NCBI GenBank assembly: GCA_963801165.1
Contig: CAWDDT010000011.1
Location: forward strand, 128,001 to 192,000
Length of the DNA: 64,000 nucleotides
Origin: an uncultured bacterium
GTDB lineage: Bacteria > Actinomycetota > Acidimicrobiia > Spongiisociales > UBA5794
Direction of reading: 5' to 3'
Shown: in pieces, positions 40,107 through 50,349 of the stretch
Position numbering within the stretch: the first letter of the stretch is position 1
Layout: each line of letters opens with the position of its first letter
Translations under genes and position numbers: made by a program
The notes under the pieces: model-generated
What the model saw: only the letters and a program-made list of their open reading frames with translations
What the model was told of the DNA's origin: nothing
Database searches by the model: none

Positions 40107-40789
40107 GAGTCCTCCCGGGTGCTCTCATTGACACCGGCGGCGTGTTCCATGGTGCCGCGGGGCGTTCCTTGACCGAGCTCGAGCGTTCCCTGGCTCATGA
40201 CGATGGTGTCCGCCCACAGCACGTCGTAGGTGTTGGCCTGGCCAACCCTGCTGGCGATCACGCCATCGATGTTGCGGAACGACTTGATCGCGGTCTGCTC
40301 ATGGTCCTCAGCGAGCAGGAGGACCTTGCCTGCGACACCCATGGCATCCAGCAGGTTGAGTGCATTCTTGGTCCTGGGGGTGTCCCAGACGTCAAAGGTC
40401 TCCACAACTTTGATGCGACCGTCGGCGGCGCGCACCGACAGTGCGCTCCGGAGAGCCAGCCGCTTCATCTTCTTCGGTGTCCGTTGCGAGTAGTCGCGTG
40501 GCTTCGGCCCATGAGCGACCCCGCCGCCTATCCACTGCGGGGAGCGAATCGAACCCTGCCTGGCCCGACCCAAACCCTTCTGCCGCCACGGTTTCCTACC
40601 ACCGCCACGAACCTCGCCACGGGTCTTGGTCGAATGGGTGCCGGCACGGGCCGCGGCCAACTGCGCCGTTACGACCTGGTGCATAACCGCCATGTTGGGC
40701 TCGATGCCGAAGATCTCGCTCTTCAGCTCGACGGTCCCCGTCATGGTTCCGTCGGCGCTGTATAGATCGGCCGTCAACTTGTCAGCCAT
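40103..40789 (-). CDS. rplD: 50S ribosomal protein L4
   Basis: [19 protein letters not shown]. Confidence 0.98.
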   Translation of the reverse strand: MADKLTADLYSADGTMTGTVELKSEIFGIEPNMAVMHQVVTAQLAAARAGTHSTKTRGEVRGGGRKPWRQKGLGRARQGSIRSPQWIGGGVAHGPKPRDYSQRTPKKMKRLALRSALSVRAADGRIKVVETFDVWDTPRTKNALNLLDAMGVAGKVLLLAEDHEQTAIKSFRNIDGVIASRVGQANTYDVLWADTIVMSQGTLELGQGTPRGTMEHAAGVNESTREDS

Positions 40790-41420
40790 TGCTCTTCACC
40801 GCCTCTCGCATGACCAGAACCGCACCTTTAGGACCGGGAACGGCGCCGCGCAACATGACGACGTTACGCTCGGCGTCGATCTTGACGACCTCCAGATTCA
40901 TCATCGTCACCTGGTCGCCACCCATACGGCCCGGGAGCCGCTTGCCCTTGAAAACACGGGACGGGGTGGCACAGGCTCCGATAGAACCGGGTGCCCGGTG
41001 CACCTTGTGGGCACCGTGGCTGGCTCCTTGTCCCTGGAAATTGTGTCGCTTCATGACGCCGGCAAAGCCTTTGCCCTTGGTGATCCCGGTCACATCCGCC
41101 TTCTTGCCCTCGGCGAGCACATCGGCGATACCGATCTCCTGACCCAGCTTGTATTGATCGGGGTCGTCGACACGAACTTCGACAATGTACTTCGCCGGAG
41201 GGGTATTCGACTTCGCAAAGTGACCGGCCGTCGCACTGTTGACGTGTTTGCTCGCCATCTCCTTGAAGGCAATCTGAATTGCCGAGTAGCCGTCTGTGCC
41301 GGCGCGCTTGATCTGAGTGACCCGAACCGGCCCAGCTTTGATGATGGTCACGGGGATGGCCCGTGCTTCATCATCAAAGATCTGAGTCATGCCCAGTTTC
41401 TCTCCGAGGATGGTATTCAC
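40782..41420 (-). CDS. rplC: 50S ribosomal protein L3
   Basis: [22 protein letters not shown]. Confidence 0.98.
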   Translation of the reverse strand: MNTILGEKLGMTQIFDDEARAIPVTIIKAGPVRVTQIKRAGTDGYSAIQIAFKEMASKHVNSATAGHFAKSNTPPAKYIVEVRVDDPDQYKLGQEIGIADVLAEGKKADVTGITKGKGFAGVMKRHNFQGQGASHGAHKVHRAPGSIGACATPSRVFKGKRLPGRMGGDQVTMMNLEVVKIDAERNVVMLRGAVPGPKGAVLVMREAVKSNG

Positions 41421-41728
41421 CTCTTGATCTCCACTTCCACGCCGGCAGGGAGGTCAAGACGCATCAGGGACTCGACTGTCTTGGGGGTGGGCTCCAGAAT
41501 GTCGATGAGCCGCCGGTGGATACGCATCTCAAAGTGCTCCCGGCTGGTTTTGTCTACATGCGGGCCCCGGATTACGCAGTAGCGATGAATCCGGGTCGGC
41601 AGTGGCACCGGACCCTTGATTTTCGCTTGAGTGCGAATCACGGTCTCTGCAATCTTGCGCGCCGACTCGTCGACGACCGAATGGTCGTACGCCTTGAGTC
41701 GGATGCGGATCCGATGTTCGTCTGCCAT
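41417..41728 (-). CDS. rpsJ: 30S ribosomal protein S10
   Basis: [17 protein letters not shown]; start ATG 41728. Confidence 0.98.
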   Translation of the reverse strand: MADEHRIRIRLKAYDHSVVDESARKIAETVIRTQAKIKGPVPLPTRIHRYCVIRGPHVDKTSREHFEMRIHRRLIDILEPTPKTVESLMRLDLPAGVEVEIKR

Positions 41729-41773
41729 TGTCTTTCTCAGTCCTCTCTGCGTGGAGCTGCGGAGCAACTCCAA

Positions 41774-41795
41774 CCTGACCGCCTACGCGGTCAGG
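41774..41795 (-). terminator. Hairpin immediately after tuf
   Basis: CCTGACCGC-GTAG-GCGGTCAGG; weak U tail. Confidence 0.5.
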
Positions 41796-41798
41796 CGG

Positions 41799-42992
41799 CT
41801 ACTTGATGATGTTGATGACCCGACCAGCACCGACAGTACGGCCACCCTCCCGAATCGCAAACCGCAACCCCTCATCCATAGCAATCGGCTTACCCAACTC
41901 CACCGTCATCTCAGTGTTATCACCAGGCATCACCATCTCAGTACCCTCAGGCAAAGACACCGTCCCAGTCACATCCGTCGTCCGGAAATAAAACTGCGGC
42001 CGATACCCATCAAAAAACGGGTTATGCCGACCACCCTCATCCTTAGTCAACACATACACCTGAGCCACAAAATTCGTATGAGGCGTAATCGAACCAGGCT
42101 TAGCAACCACCTGACCCCGCTCCACCGCATCCTTCCCAATCCCCCGCAACAACAACCCAACATTGTCCCCAGCCTGACCCTCATCAAGCAACTTACGGAA
42201 CATCTCAACACCAGTCACCGTCGTCGACTGCACATCCCGCAAACCAATGATCTCAACCTGCTCACCAACATGAATCACACCAGTCTCAATACGGCCAGTC
42301 ACCACCGTCCCCCGACCAGTAATCGAAAACACATCCTCAATCGCCATCATGAACGGCTTATCCGTCTCCCGCACCGGCTCAGGAATATACGAATCAACCG
42401 CATCCATCAACTCATGAATAGACGCAACCGCCGCCGGATCATTCTCCTCCAAAGCCTTCAAAGCAGACCCACGAACAACCGGAATGTCATCCCCAGGAAA
42501 CTCATACTCAGTAAGAAGATCCCGAACCTCGAGCTCAACCAGATCCAACAACTCCTCATCATCAACCTGATCAGTCTTATTCATATACACAACAATGTAA
42601 GGAACACCAACCTGACGAGCCAACAACACATGCTCACGAGTCTGCGGCATCGGACCATCAGCAGCAGACACCACCAAAATCGCCCCATCAACCTGAGCAG
42701 CACCCGTAATCATGTTCTTCACATAATCAGCATGCCCCGGCATATCAACATGCGCATAATGACGATTCGCCGTCTCATACTCCACATGAGCAATCGCAAT
42801 CGTGATACCCCGCTCCCTCTCCTCAGGAGCCTTATCAATCTCATCAAACGCCGTAAACTTCGTCGACCCCGACCCCTCCTCAGACAACACCTTCGTAATC
42901 GCAGCCGTCAAAGTCGTCTTCCCATGATCAATATGACCCATAGTCCCAACATTCACATGCGGCTTCGTCCGCTCGAACTTCTCCTTAGCCAT
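41799..42992 (-). CDS. tuf: Elongation factor Tu
   Basis: [32 protein letters not shown]. Confidence 0.99.
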   Translation of the reverse strand: MAKEKFERTKPHVNVGTMGHIDHGKTTLTAAITKVLSEEGSGSTKFTAFDEIDKAPEERERGITIAIAHVEYETANRHYAHVDMPGHADYVKNMITGAAQVDGAILVVSAADGPMPQTREHVLLARQVGVPYIVVYMNKTDQVDDEELLDLVELEVRDLLTEYEFPGDDIPVVRGSALKALEENDPAAVASIHELMDAVDSYIPEPVRETDKPFMMAIEDVFSITGRGTVVTGRIETGVIHVGEQVEIIGLRDVQSTTVTGVEMFRKLLDEGQAGDNVGLLLRGIGKDAVERGQVVAKPGSITPHTNFVAQVYVLTKDEGGRHNPFFDGYRPQFYFRTTDVTGTVSLPEGTEMVMPGDNTEMTVELGKPIAMDEGLRFAIREGGRTVGAGRVINIIK

Positions 42993-43006
42993 CTTTGATC
43001 TCCTAG

Positions 43007-45091
43007 TTACTCGCCTCGAACCTTGGCCACGATCTCGCGTGCTGCTTCGGTCGGAACTTCCTGATACGAATGAAACTGCATGGTGTATTGCGCCCGTCCC
43101 TGAGTTCGTGACCTCAGGTCGGTGGCATAGCCGAACATCTCTGCCAGCGGCACCAGAGCGGTGACGAGCCGGGCATTGCCACGGGTGTCCATGGCCTCGA
43201 CCTTGCCCCGACGCGAGGAAAGGTCGCCGATGACATCGCCCATGTACTCCTCTGGTGTTACCACCTCGAGCTCCATCACGGGCTCGAGGAGCTTCACGCC
43301 GGCTTGTCTTGCGGCATCCTTCAGTGCCATAGAGCCCGCAATTCGGAACGCCATCTCGGACGAGTCAACCGCGTGGCTGCTTCCGTCGGTGAGTGTGGCC
43401 TTCAGATCGACAAGCGGGTAGCCCGCCAGCACGCCACCCTCGAGAGCGTCACGGAGACCCTTCTCGACGGCGGGGATGTACTCACGAGGCACACGGCCGC
43501 CCCTGACCTTGTCCTCGAACTCGAACCCGGTGCCGGGTGGCAGCGGATCGAGGCTGATGACCACCTCGGCGAACATACCGGAGCCACCGGTCTGCCGCTT
43601 GAGACGAAGCCTGAAACCGGAGACACCCTTCTTGACGGTCTCGCGGTAGGCGACCTGGGGGCGCCCCACGTTGGCCTGGACCTTGAACTCACGCATCAGA
43701 CGATCGACGATGATCTCGAGGTGAAGCTCGCCCATGCCGCTGATGATGGTCTGGCCGGTGTCCTCATCGGACCTGACCGTGAAGGTTGGATCCTCCTCGG
43801 CGAGCCGGCCCAGGGCGGTGGCGAGCTTGTCCTGGTCGCTCTTGGTTCTGGGCTCGATGGCAACTGCGATCACCGGAGCGGGAAAGGTCATCGACTCGAG
43901 TTGGATCTGGGCATCGGTTGCGGCGAGGGTATCCCCGGTCCTGGTGTGCTTGAGGCCGACTGCGGCAACGATGTCGCCGGTGTGGATCTCGTCGATGTCC
44001 TCCTGCGCGGCGGCGTGCATACGGAGGAGACGACCGAAGCGCTCCTTCTTCCGGTCCGTCGTATTGGTCACAGCATCGCCCTTGCCCGCCGTGCCCGAAT
44101 AGACACGGAAGTAGGTGAGCTTGCCAACATATGGGTCGGACATGATCTTGAAGGCGAGGGCGCTGAACGGCTCTTTGTCGTCGGCGTGCCTCTGGAGTGG
44201 CCTGTCCTCGTGCCCGGGTTGGAAGCCCTCGATCGGTGGCATGTCGAGCGGGCTCGGCAGGTAGTCGACGACCCCGTCGAGAAGCGGTTGGACACCTTTG
44301 TTCTTGAACGCCGAGCCGCACATCACCGGTACGAAGTCACGATCGATGGTGCCCTTGCGTATGACTTTGCGGATCTCCTTCGGGTCGAGATCGTCCTCCT
44401 GAAGGTACTTCCCCAGCAACTCCTCGTCCTCTGAGGCAACGACATCGAGCATCTTGTGATGCCATTCGTTGGCGAGATCTGCGAACTCCTCGGGAATGCC
44501 GACGATCTCTCGCTGCTTGCCTTCCTCGTCGTGCCAGATGATCGACTTCATCTCGACGAGGTCGATGACACCGTGGAAGTTCGCCTCGGCGCCCATCGGA
44601 ACCTGGATGGCAACCGGATTGCCACCGAGGCGCTCGACGATCGCCTCGACTGTGCCAAAGAAATCGGCGCCGACCCGGTCCATCTTGTTGATGAAACAAA
44701 TACGGGGGACCCGGTACTTGTCGGCCTGACGCCACACCGTCTCCGATTGGGGTTCGACACCAGACACGGCGTCGAACACGGCGACGGCACCGTCGAGGAC
44801 ACGCAGCGAGCGCTCCACCTCTACGGTGAAGTCGACGTGACCCGGCGTGTCGATGATGTTGATCACGTGGTCGTTCCAATGTGCGGTCGTCGCCGCCGAA
44901 GTGATGGTTATGCCGCGCTCTTGTTCCTGCTCCATCCAGTCCATCACGGCCGCGCCCTCATGGACCTCACCCATCTTGTAGGTGCGGCCCGTGTAATAGA
45001 GAATCCGCTCGGTGGTCGTGGTCTTCCCAGCGTCAATGTGGGCCATGATCCCGATGTTGCGGATTTTCTCGAGGGGGATGGTGCGTGCCAT
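43007..45091 (-). CDS. fusA: Elongation factor G
   Basis: [21 protein letters not shown]. Confidence 0.99.
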   Translation of the reverse strand: MARTIPLEKIRNIGIMAHIDAGKTTTTERILYYTGRTYKMGEVHEGAAVMDWMEQEQERGITITSAATTAHWNDHVINIIDTPGHVDFTVEVERSLRVLDGAVAVFDAVSGVEPQSETVWRQADKYRVPRICFINKMDRVGADFFGTVEAIVERLGGNPVAIQVPMGAEANFHGVIDLVEMKSIIWHDEEGKQREIVGIPEEFADLANEWHHKMLDVVASEDEELLGKYLQEDDLDPKEIRKVIRKGTIDRDFVPVMCGSAFKNKGVQPLLDGVVDYLPSPLDMPPIEGFQPGHEDRPLQRHADDKEPFSALAFKIMSDPYVGKLTYFRVYSGTAGKGDAVTNTTDRKKERFGRLLRMHAAAQEDIDEIHTGDIVAAVGLKHTRTGDTLAATDAQIQLESMTFPAPVIAVAIEPRTKSDQDKLATALGRLAEEDPTFTVRSDEDTGQTIISGMGELHLEIIVDRLMREFKVQANVGRPQVAYRETVKKGVSGFRLRLKRQTGGSGMFAEVVISLDPLPPGTGFEFEDKVRGGRVPREYIPAVEKGLRDALEGGVLAGYPLVDLKATLTDGSSHAVDSSEMAFRIAGSMALKDAARQAGVKLLEPVMELEVVTPEEYMGDVIGDLSSRRGKVEAMDTRGNARLVTALVPLAEMFGYATDLRSRTQGRAQYTMQFHSYQEVPTEAAREIVAKVRGE

Positions 45092-45099
45092 TTGGATTG

Positions 45100-45567
45100 T
45101 TACCAGCGGTAGTGGGCGAAGGCTCGGTTGGACTCCGCCATCTTGTGGATGTCTTCACGGCGCTTCACAGCAGAGCCGGTGCGGTTGGAGGCGTCGAGGA
45201 TCTCGTTGGCGAGTCGCAACGACATGGTGTTCTCTTTGCGCTTTCGGGCGAACTCAACGAGCCAACGGACCGCCAGCGTCTGCGCCCTGCGGGGAATGAC
45301 CTCGACCGGTACCTGATACGACGAGCCACCAACTCTGCGGGACCGCACCTCGACGGCGGGCCGGATGTTGTCGATCGCACGCTTCAGCACCTTGACGGGG
45401 TCGTCCCCCGTCCGCTTCTGCACAGTCTCGAGAGACCCATAGACGATGCGGCGAGCCGCGCCCTTCTTGCCCCGCCACAGCACTTTGTTGATCACCTGGG
45501 TGACCAAAACGCTGCGGTAGATCGGATCTGGCTCGAGTTTGCGGATTTCGGCTGGAGCCCTGCGCAT
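45100..45567 (-). CDS. rpsG: 30S ribosomal protein S7
   Basis: [23 protein letters not shown]. Confidence 0.98.
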   Translation of the reverse strand: MRRAPAEIRKLEPDPIYRSVLVTQVINKVLWRGKKGAARRIVYGSLETVQKRTGDDPVKVLKRAIDNIRPAVEVRSRRVGGSSYQVPVEVIPRRAQTLAVRWLVEFARKRKENTMSLRLANEILDASNRTGSAVKRREDIHKMAESNRAFAHYRW

Positions 45568-45938
45568 CAGCCCTCCTTCTTCGTGCCGTAGCGGGAACGG
45601 GACTGCTTGCGGCCGTCGACGCCGGCGGCGTCGAGCGCTCCGCGAATGACCTTGTAGCGAACACCGGGAAGGTCCTTGACACGACCACCACGCACCAGCA
45701 CGATCGAGTGCTCCTGGAGGTTGTGGCCCTCTCCGGGGATGTACGCCGTGATCTCCATCTGTGAAGTCAGACGGACACGAGCGACCTTGCGCAGCGCGGA
45801 GTTCGGCTTCTTCGGTGTGACGGTGTAAACACGCGTGCAGACGCCTCGCCTCTGCGGCGAGCCGGCGAGACCGAGTGTCTTGGTCTTCTTCGGCTTAGGC
45901 TGACGGCCTTGTCGAATCAGTTGCTGCACAGTCGGCAC
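45567..45938 (-). CDS. rpsL: 30S ribosomal protein S12
   Basis: [18 protein letters not shown]. Confidence 0.99.
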   Translation of the reverse strand: MPTVQQLIRQGRQPKPKKTKTLGLAGSPQRRGVCTRVYTVTPKKPNSALRKVARVRLTSQMEITAYIPGEGHNLQEHSIVLVRGGRVKDLPGVRYKVIRGALDAAGVDGRKQSRSRYGTKKEG

Positions 45939-46118
45939 AGTGCCTTCTTCTCTCTCTTCGGCGCACCCCTACTCCGATTCCGGAGCGGGTTCTTACAGAC
46001 AAAAATCGGCGCCACCGCAAAAGCGGGGGCCGCCGACCCCTTGTCGGACTACTCCACTCACAACAGCGCCGGGGCGCCTCCGGGTAAGTGGGAATCCCAA
46101 CGGGAAAACCGGGGCGGG

Positions 46119-46148
46119 ATTATAGATGGCACACGGGTAGGAGCGCAA
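46119..46148 (-). promoter_or_regulatory. sigmaA promoter of the str operon
   Basis: TTGCGC-N18-TATAAT, about 180 nt upstream of rpsL. Confidence 0.7.
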
Positions 46149-46193
46149 GACGGCCCCCGCCACCGGGGCTTGCCGCACACACCATACCCGATC

Positions 46194-47204
46194 TCAGACC
46201 AGTTGGTAGCCGAATCCGATCGGATCGTCCTCATCCAGCCAGTAGGTACCCACGCCGGTGCGGAAAGCGCGGCCCTCGACCTCGGTGACAACACCGTGAA
46301 TGCCGCCCACCTCGCCGTCACCGACAACCCTTGCGGAGAACCTGCCACCGACAAATGACTCGTTGACCAGCGCATCGCCTCTCGCCAGCTCAGCCGTATT
46401 ATCAAGCAGGGCCACCCGGGCGGAAGTGCCTCCGCCGCAAGGGGATCGGTCGACCCGGCCGTCGGTGGAGACGGTGACGCTGCGCTGCTGGCGTCCCGGC
46501 CCGGACACCTCGACATCCTCGTAGAAGACAGTGGCCGTGAGCCCGGAGAGACGGTGGTCGGTCGGGTGAACTACTGCCGGGTTGTCCGCGAGGATCGCGC
46601 CGATCTCCCGGCCGTAGCGAACAAACGCATCGAGGTTGCCCGGGGCGATCACAAGATCGAGTTCCCCGACGTCGACGGCTGCGTAGTAGGCACCGCCATA
46701 GGCGATATCAACCGGGACGACACCGTCTGCGAGCTGCATAGGGATGAAACGGCCGGCGACGTAGCTGGTCACGTTGCGAAACGAGACCGATTCGACACGA
46801 CCGTTGCTGATGCGGGCGTTGGCCTCCACCGTACCGGCGGGGGTGTCGAGCGTGACCGGGCCCTGCGGAGCGTCGGCGGGAACGAGACCCGATTCAATGG
46901 CCCATGTGACGAGTGCGATCGTGCCCCGCCCGCTCACGGTGCTGTAGCCGGCCTGGTGAAAGAACACCGCCTCGAGATCTGCCCCGGAGTGGCCGGGCGA
47001 GTAGGCGTACCCCCCATGCAACCCGTCATGGCCCCGGGGCTCGTTGACCAGGAGCCGGCGCAGATCGTCACCGACGTTTCGCGCCTCGCCGACCCGGGCG
47101 AGCGGATCGGTCCCCCTCACTTGCGGGAAGCCGGACGTGACGACACGAAACGGTGCCCCGGCGACGTGGTAGTCGACGACCTCGATCGGGCCCAGGCTAT
47201 GCAT
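46194..47204 (-). CDS. Proline racemase / hydroxyproline epimerase family protein, non-canonical active site
   Basis: EPRGH, DIAYGGAYYA, DRSPCGGGTSAR; first catalytic motif reads STVSGRG. Confidence 0.85.
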   Translation of the reverse strand: MHSLGPIEVVDYHVAGAPFRVVTSGFPQVRGTDPLARVGEARNVGDDLRRLLVNEPRGHDGLHGGYAYSPGHSGADLEAVFFHQAGYSTVSGRGTIALVTWAIESGLVPADAPQGPVTLDTPAGTVEANARISNGRVESVSFRNVTSYVAGRFIPMQLADGVVPVDIAYGGAYYAAVDVGELDLVIAPGNLDAFVRYGREIGAILADNPAVVHPTDHRLSGLTATVFYEDVEVSGPGRQQRSVTVSTDGRVDRSPCGGGTSARVALLDNTAELARGDALVNESFVGGRFSARVVGDGEVGGIHGVVTEVEGRAFRTGVGTYWLDEDDPIGFGYQLV

Positions 47205-47295
47205 CGATCGGATGCTCAACCTGAATCACACCGGTCTTCATGCCGATGGCAACCAGAATTCCCAGCAGGACGACTGCGACGAACAGCTTTTTCAC
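47197..47295 (-). CDS. Putative 32-aa single-TM small protein
   Basis: Manual translation MKKLFVAVVLLGILVAIGMKTGVIQVEHPIDA*; GGGGTGGA upstream of GTG; stop overlaps the next ATG. Confidence 0.6.
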   Translation of the reverse strand: MKKLFVAVVLLGILVAIGMKTGVIQVEHPIDA

Positions 47296-47342
47296 TCCAC
47301 CCCGATGCTCGCTCTTCTATCAGCGTAGTGCCCCACCGCGGG

Positions 47343-47948
47343 TTAGGAGGGTGCCTGATTGCTCGGCGAGGTCGTTGCCACTTCCGGATCTGCGATGACG
47401 AAAGCCGCAAGAACGCCCGCTACAAGACCAAACAGGTGCGACTCCCACGACACCCAGCTCGCGACAGGGACGACACCATGCAACACCACACCACCGAAGA
47501 GGATCCCGACAACCAACGCGACGGCCACGCCCTTCAGGGACTTCTCGACGAACCCGGCCACGAGCAGGAAACCGGCGTAACCGAAGATCAGCCCGCTGGC
47601 GCCGATGTGGATCGCCGGTCTGGCGAGCAGCCACGTTGCCAGACCACCGACGATCATGACGAATAGGGTCACCGAGACCCACCGCCGAATCCCGCCGAGG
47701 GCGACCAGGCCACCCAGTAGGAGGAACGGGAGCGTGTTTGCCAGCAGATGGCCAAAGCTCCCGTGCAGCCACGGTGCCCAGAGGATCCCATCGAGACCAC
47801 CCCACGTACGCGGAACGATGCCTTGCCGATCGAGACTGTGGTGGAAGATCAGCGAGTCCGCAGCTTCGACCACCCACATCAGGGCGGTAACCGCAACAAC
47901 CAGTTGTATCGCCTCGACCGCCGGTGACCTCTTCGGCTCGACCAGCAT
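47343..47948 (-). CDS. Rhomboid family intramembrane serine protease
   Basis: HLLANT, HIGASGLIFG (catalytic Ser), SHLFG (catalytic His). Confidence 0.9.
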   Translation of the reverse strand: MLVEPKRSPAVEAIQLVVAVTALMWVVEAADSLIFHHSLDRQGIVPRTWGGLDGILWAPWLHGSFGHLLANTLPFLLLGGLVALGGIRRWVSVTLFVMIVGGLATWLLARPAIHIGASGLIFGYAGFLLVAGFVEKSLKGVAVALVVGILFGGVVLHGVVPVASWVSWESHLFGLVAGVLAAFVIADPEVATTSPSNQAPS

Positions 47949-47949
47949 C

Positions 47950-48663
47950 TCAGGTTTGAGGGTCGTCGTCGAAGATCGACAAGACCGATCCGGGGTCGAC
48001 CGGTGGCTGCGGCCGCGGACGTGGTGCCTGTGGATGCGTCTCGGGTGTCTGCAAGCCCTGAAGCGCGATAACTCCGACGAAGATCGCACCAATCATGTTG
48101 TCCCACAGGTGGATTGCGAGATAGGCGACTACAGCCGCTGCGATCACGGTCAGGCCCTTGGCGATGCGCAGCGCATAGCGAGGTGTGACAAGGGCCAACG
48201 CGTGGCGGGCCATACTCCCGCCATCGAGCGGCAGAATCGGGAGCCAGTTGAGCGCACCCCACATCAACCCGGCTATGACGGTCCCCACCCCGATCGCATA
48301 AACGAAGCTCGGCACGTCGTGGGCCAGACCGGTGTCGCGAAGCAGGTAGACCGACCCGCCGATGGTCATCCCGACCGCCGACCCGCTGGCAGCGATGAGG
48401 AACTGCCGCCCCTCGGTCATCGCCGGGGTTAGCGGATACTGGGTCAGCCCGCCCAGTCCGAACAGCGTGATCTTGATCGACGTGGCCCCAAAGGCACGGG
48501 CGGTCAAGGCATGGCCGACCTCATGGCACAGGACCACGATGAAGACCCCTATGACAAATGCCACCACCAGCTCGAGCGGGTTGTTGGTGATCACCAAGAT
48601 CCCGATCAACACAAAGCTCCAATGGACGCCAACCGGGATGCCAAACACCTTGAGCCTTAGCAT
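47950..48663 (-). CDS. Site-2 protease (M50 family)
   Basis: HEVGH, NWLPILPLDGG; start ATG 48663. Confidence 0.9.
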   Translation of the reverse strand: MLRLKVFGIPVGVHWSFVLIGILVITNNPLELVVAFVIGVFIVVLCHEVGHALTARAFGATSIKITLFGLGGLTQYPLTPAMTEGRQFLIAASGSAVGMTIGGSVYLLRDTGLAHDVPSFVYAIGVGTVIAGLMWGALNWLPILPLDGGSMARHALALVTPRYALRIAKGLTVIAAAVVAYLAIHLWDNMIGAIFVGVIALQGLQTPETHPQAPRPRPQPPVDPGSVLSIFDDDPQT

Positions 48664-48797
48664 CAGCGATACGTCGCCGAGGATTTGGTGCGGATTCGAC
48701 GTTGCGAATCGTGCCGGAGCAGGCAAAGCCGGCAGAGACCGGCTCGGCTGACGGTGACCGCCCGACCGCAGTCGCGGCACATCGTGAACAACTTCAT
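48663..48797 (-). CDS. Putative 44-aa CxxC-x11-CxxC zinc-finger protein
   Basis: MKLFTMCRDCGRAVTVSRAGLCRLCLLRHDSQRRIRTKSSATYR; TACAAT 7 nt upstream; TGATG overlap with the M50 gene. Confidence 0.6.
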   Translation of the reverse strand: MKLFTMCRDCGRAVTVSRAGLCRLCLLRHDSQRRIRTKSSATYR

Positions 48798-48915
48798 GCT
48801 CCTGATTGTACGGGACATACCCATTTGCAAACACCGACCGGTGGTGGACGCGTACGGCACCCTCGAGCCTTCTTGCCGCTCCGATACGCCCCGGCCCTCA
48901 TTACGCTCATCGTCT

Positions 48916-50313
48916 ATGCAGCCATGGACGAGCCGAGTCGTTGTGATGACCACTGTCCTGCTCACTGTCGTCGTCACGGTTTTACCGGCGGTAGTGACGG
49001 CCCAGGAGCCCGCCGCTTCAGCCGCGGGCACCACGACCACAACAACGACCGAACCGCCCCCGGTGCTCCCGTACTACGAGCAATTCGAGACCGACAACTG
49101 GCACGACGATTGGATCGACTGGCGCTATGCCGATGACCAGAACACGTCGATCTTACGGGCGTACCAGGAGAACGGTCTCCGGGTGAACATTCCACCAAAC
49201 CAGCGCCGCGGCACAGGACCGCTGTGGAAGCTGCCCGACGATGTCGAGGAGGCATGGTTCCGCTACCGGATACGCTTCGACGACTTCTACCCCATCACGG
49301 CAGGCAAGCTGCCCGGCTTCGCCGGCATGCCCAACTACACGGCCCGGGGCTGCAACCCGTCGACCGAGGCGTACCCCGGATGGTCTGCTCGGATGCTCTT
49401 CGAGCCGTCGGGCTACGGGGGCCGCGAAGACGGCCAGATCCAGATCGGCTACTACACCTATCACCTCGACCAGGCAGGTACGTGCGGCGACTACATGCTC
49501 TGGGACGGCGACGGGGTGTTGGGCCAGGACCAGTGGTATTGCGTCGAGGGCCGGGTTCGTATGAACACCCCCGGTGCAGCGGACGGCATTCTCGAAGGCT
49601 GGGTGGACAACAAGCTGGCATTCACCCGGGATGGCTTGAGGTTCCGCAGGGCGACCGAAGACTCGCTCGACGTGCGCACGTTCTGGCTCGACGTGTATTT
49701 CGGCGGCTCGACGATTCCCAATGATCGGAATCTCACGATGCGGATAGACGATCTCGCCGTGAGCGACACCGGCCGTATCGGATGCCCGAACCGCTTCCGC
49801 GACGACGACGGCAACCCACACGAGAGCGACATCGAGTGGATGTTCCAGCGCGAGTACATCTACGGCTGCGACACCCTGCTGTACTGCCCGAGTGCCAAGC
49901 TGACCCGGGCCGCGACCGCCGCCCTCATCGATCGGATCCTCCAGCCACCGGCAACGAGCGGGAACTTCTTCACCGACGACAACGGGCACTGGGCGGAAGG
50001 CGCATTGAACCGGCTTGCCGCGGCAGGCATTCTGCGCGGGTGCGGCGAAGCACTTGCGTGTCCCGACGAGCCGGTGACCCGGGGCCAGTTCGCCGCGCTG
50101 CTGTCACGGGCCTTTGCCATACCGGGCACGTCGACCGATCATTTCGTTGACGACGACGGCAACATATTCGAGAGCGCGATCAACTCCATCGCGGAGATCG
50201 GTATCACCAAGGGCTGTCACAACACCGACGACCACTACTGCCCCGGCGAGGCGGTGCTCCGCGACCAGGCGGCCACGTTGCTCGCCCGCACCGTCCGCTG
50301 GTGGGAGGGTTGA
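48916..50313 (+). CDS. Secreted polysaccharide-lyase-like (PL14-type motifs) domain + 3 SLH-like repeats
   Basis: Signal peptide; GKLPG, WYCVE..V.MNTPG..DG.LEGWVD, YFGG; three F.DD.G...E..I/L......GC....CP repeats. Confidence 0.75.
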   Translation: MQPWTSRVVVMTTVLLTVVVTVLPAVVTAQEPAASAAGTTTTTTTEPPPVLPYYEQFETDNWHDDWIDWRYADDQNTSILRAYQENGLRVNIPPNQRRGTGPLWKLPDDVEEAWFRYRIRFDDFYPITAGKLPGFAGMPNYTARGCNPSTEAYPGWSARMLFEPSGYGGREDGQIQIGYYTYHLDQAGTCGDYMLWDGDGVLGQDQWYCVEGRVRMNTPGAADGILEGWVDNKLAFTRDGLRFRRATEDSLDVRTFWLDVYFGGSTIPNDRNLTMRIDDLAVSDTGRIGCPNRFRDDDGNPHESDIEWMFQREYIYGCDTLLYCPSAKLTRAATAALIDRILQPPATSGNFFTDDNGHWAEGALNRLAAAGILRGCGEALACPDEPVTRGQFAALLSRAFAIPGTSTDHFVDDDGNIFESAINSIAEIGITKGCHNTDDHYCPGEAVLRDQAATLLARTVRWWEG

Positions 50314-50349
50314 CCTACCCCGTTCACACGTAGCCCCTTCGCCAAAGAC

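Noticed and set aside
42725-42760. EF-Tu DMPGH instead of DCPGH
   Set aside because: This position is variable in actinobacteria; a lineage marker, not a novelty.
41631-42998. 455-aa plus-strand ORF antisense to tuf
   Set aside because: Shadow ORF: the G/T codon bias of tuf removes antisense stops, and the H/R/L/N-rich product is not protein-like.
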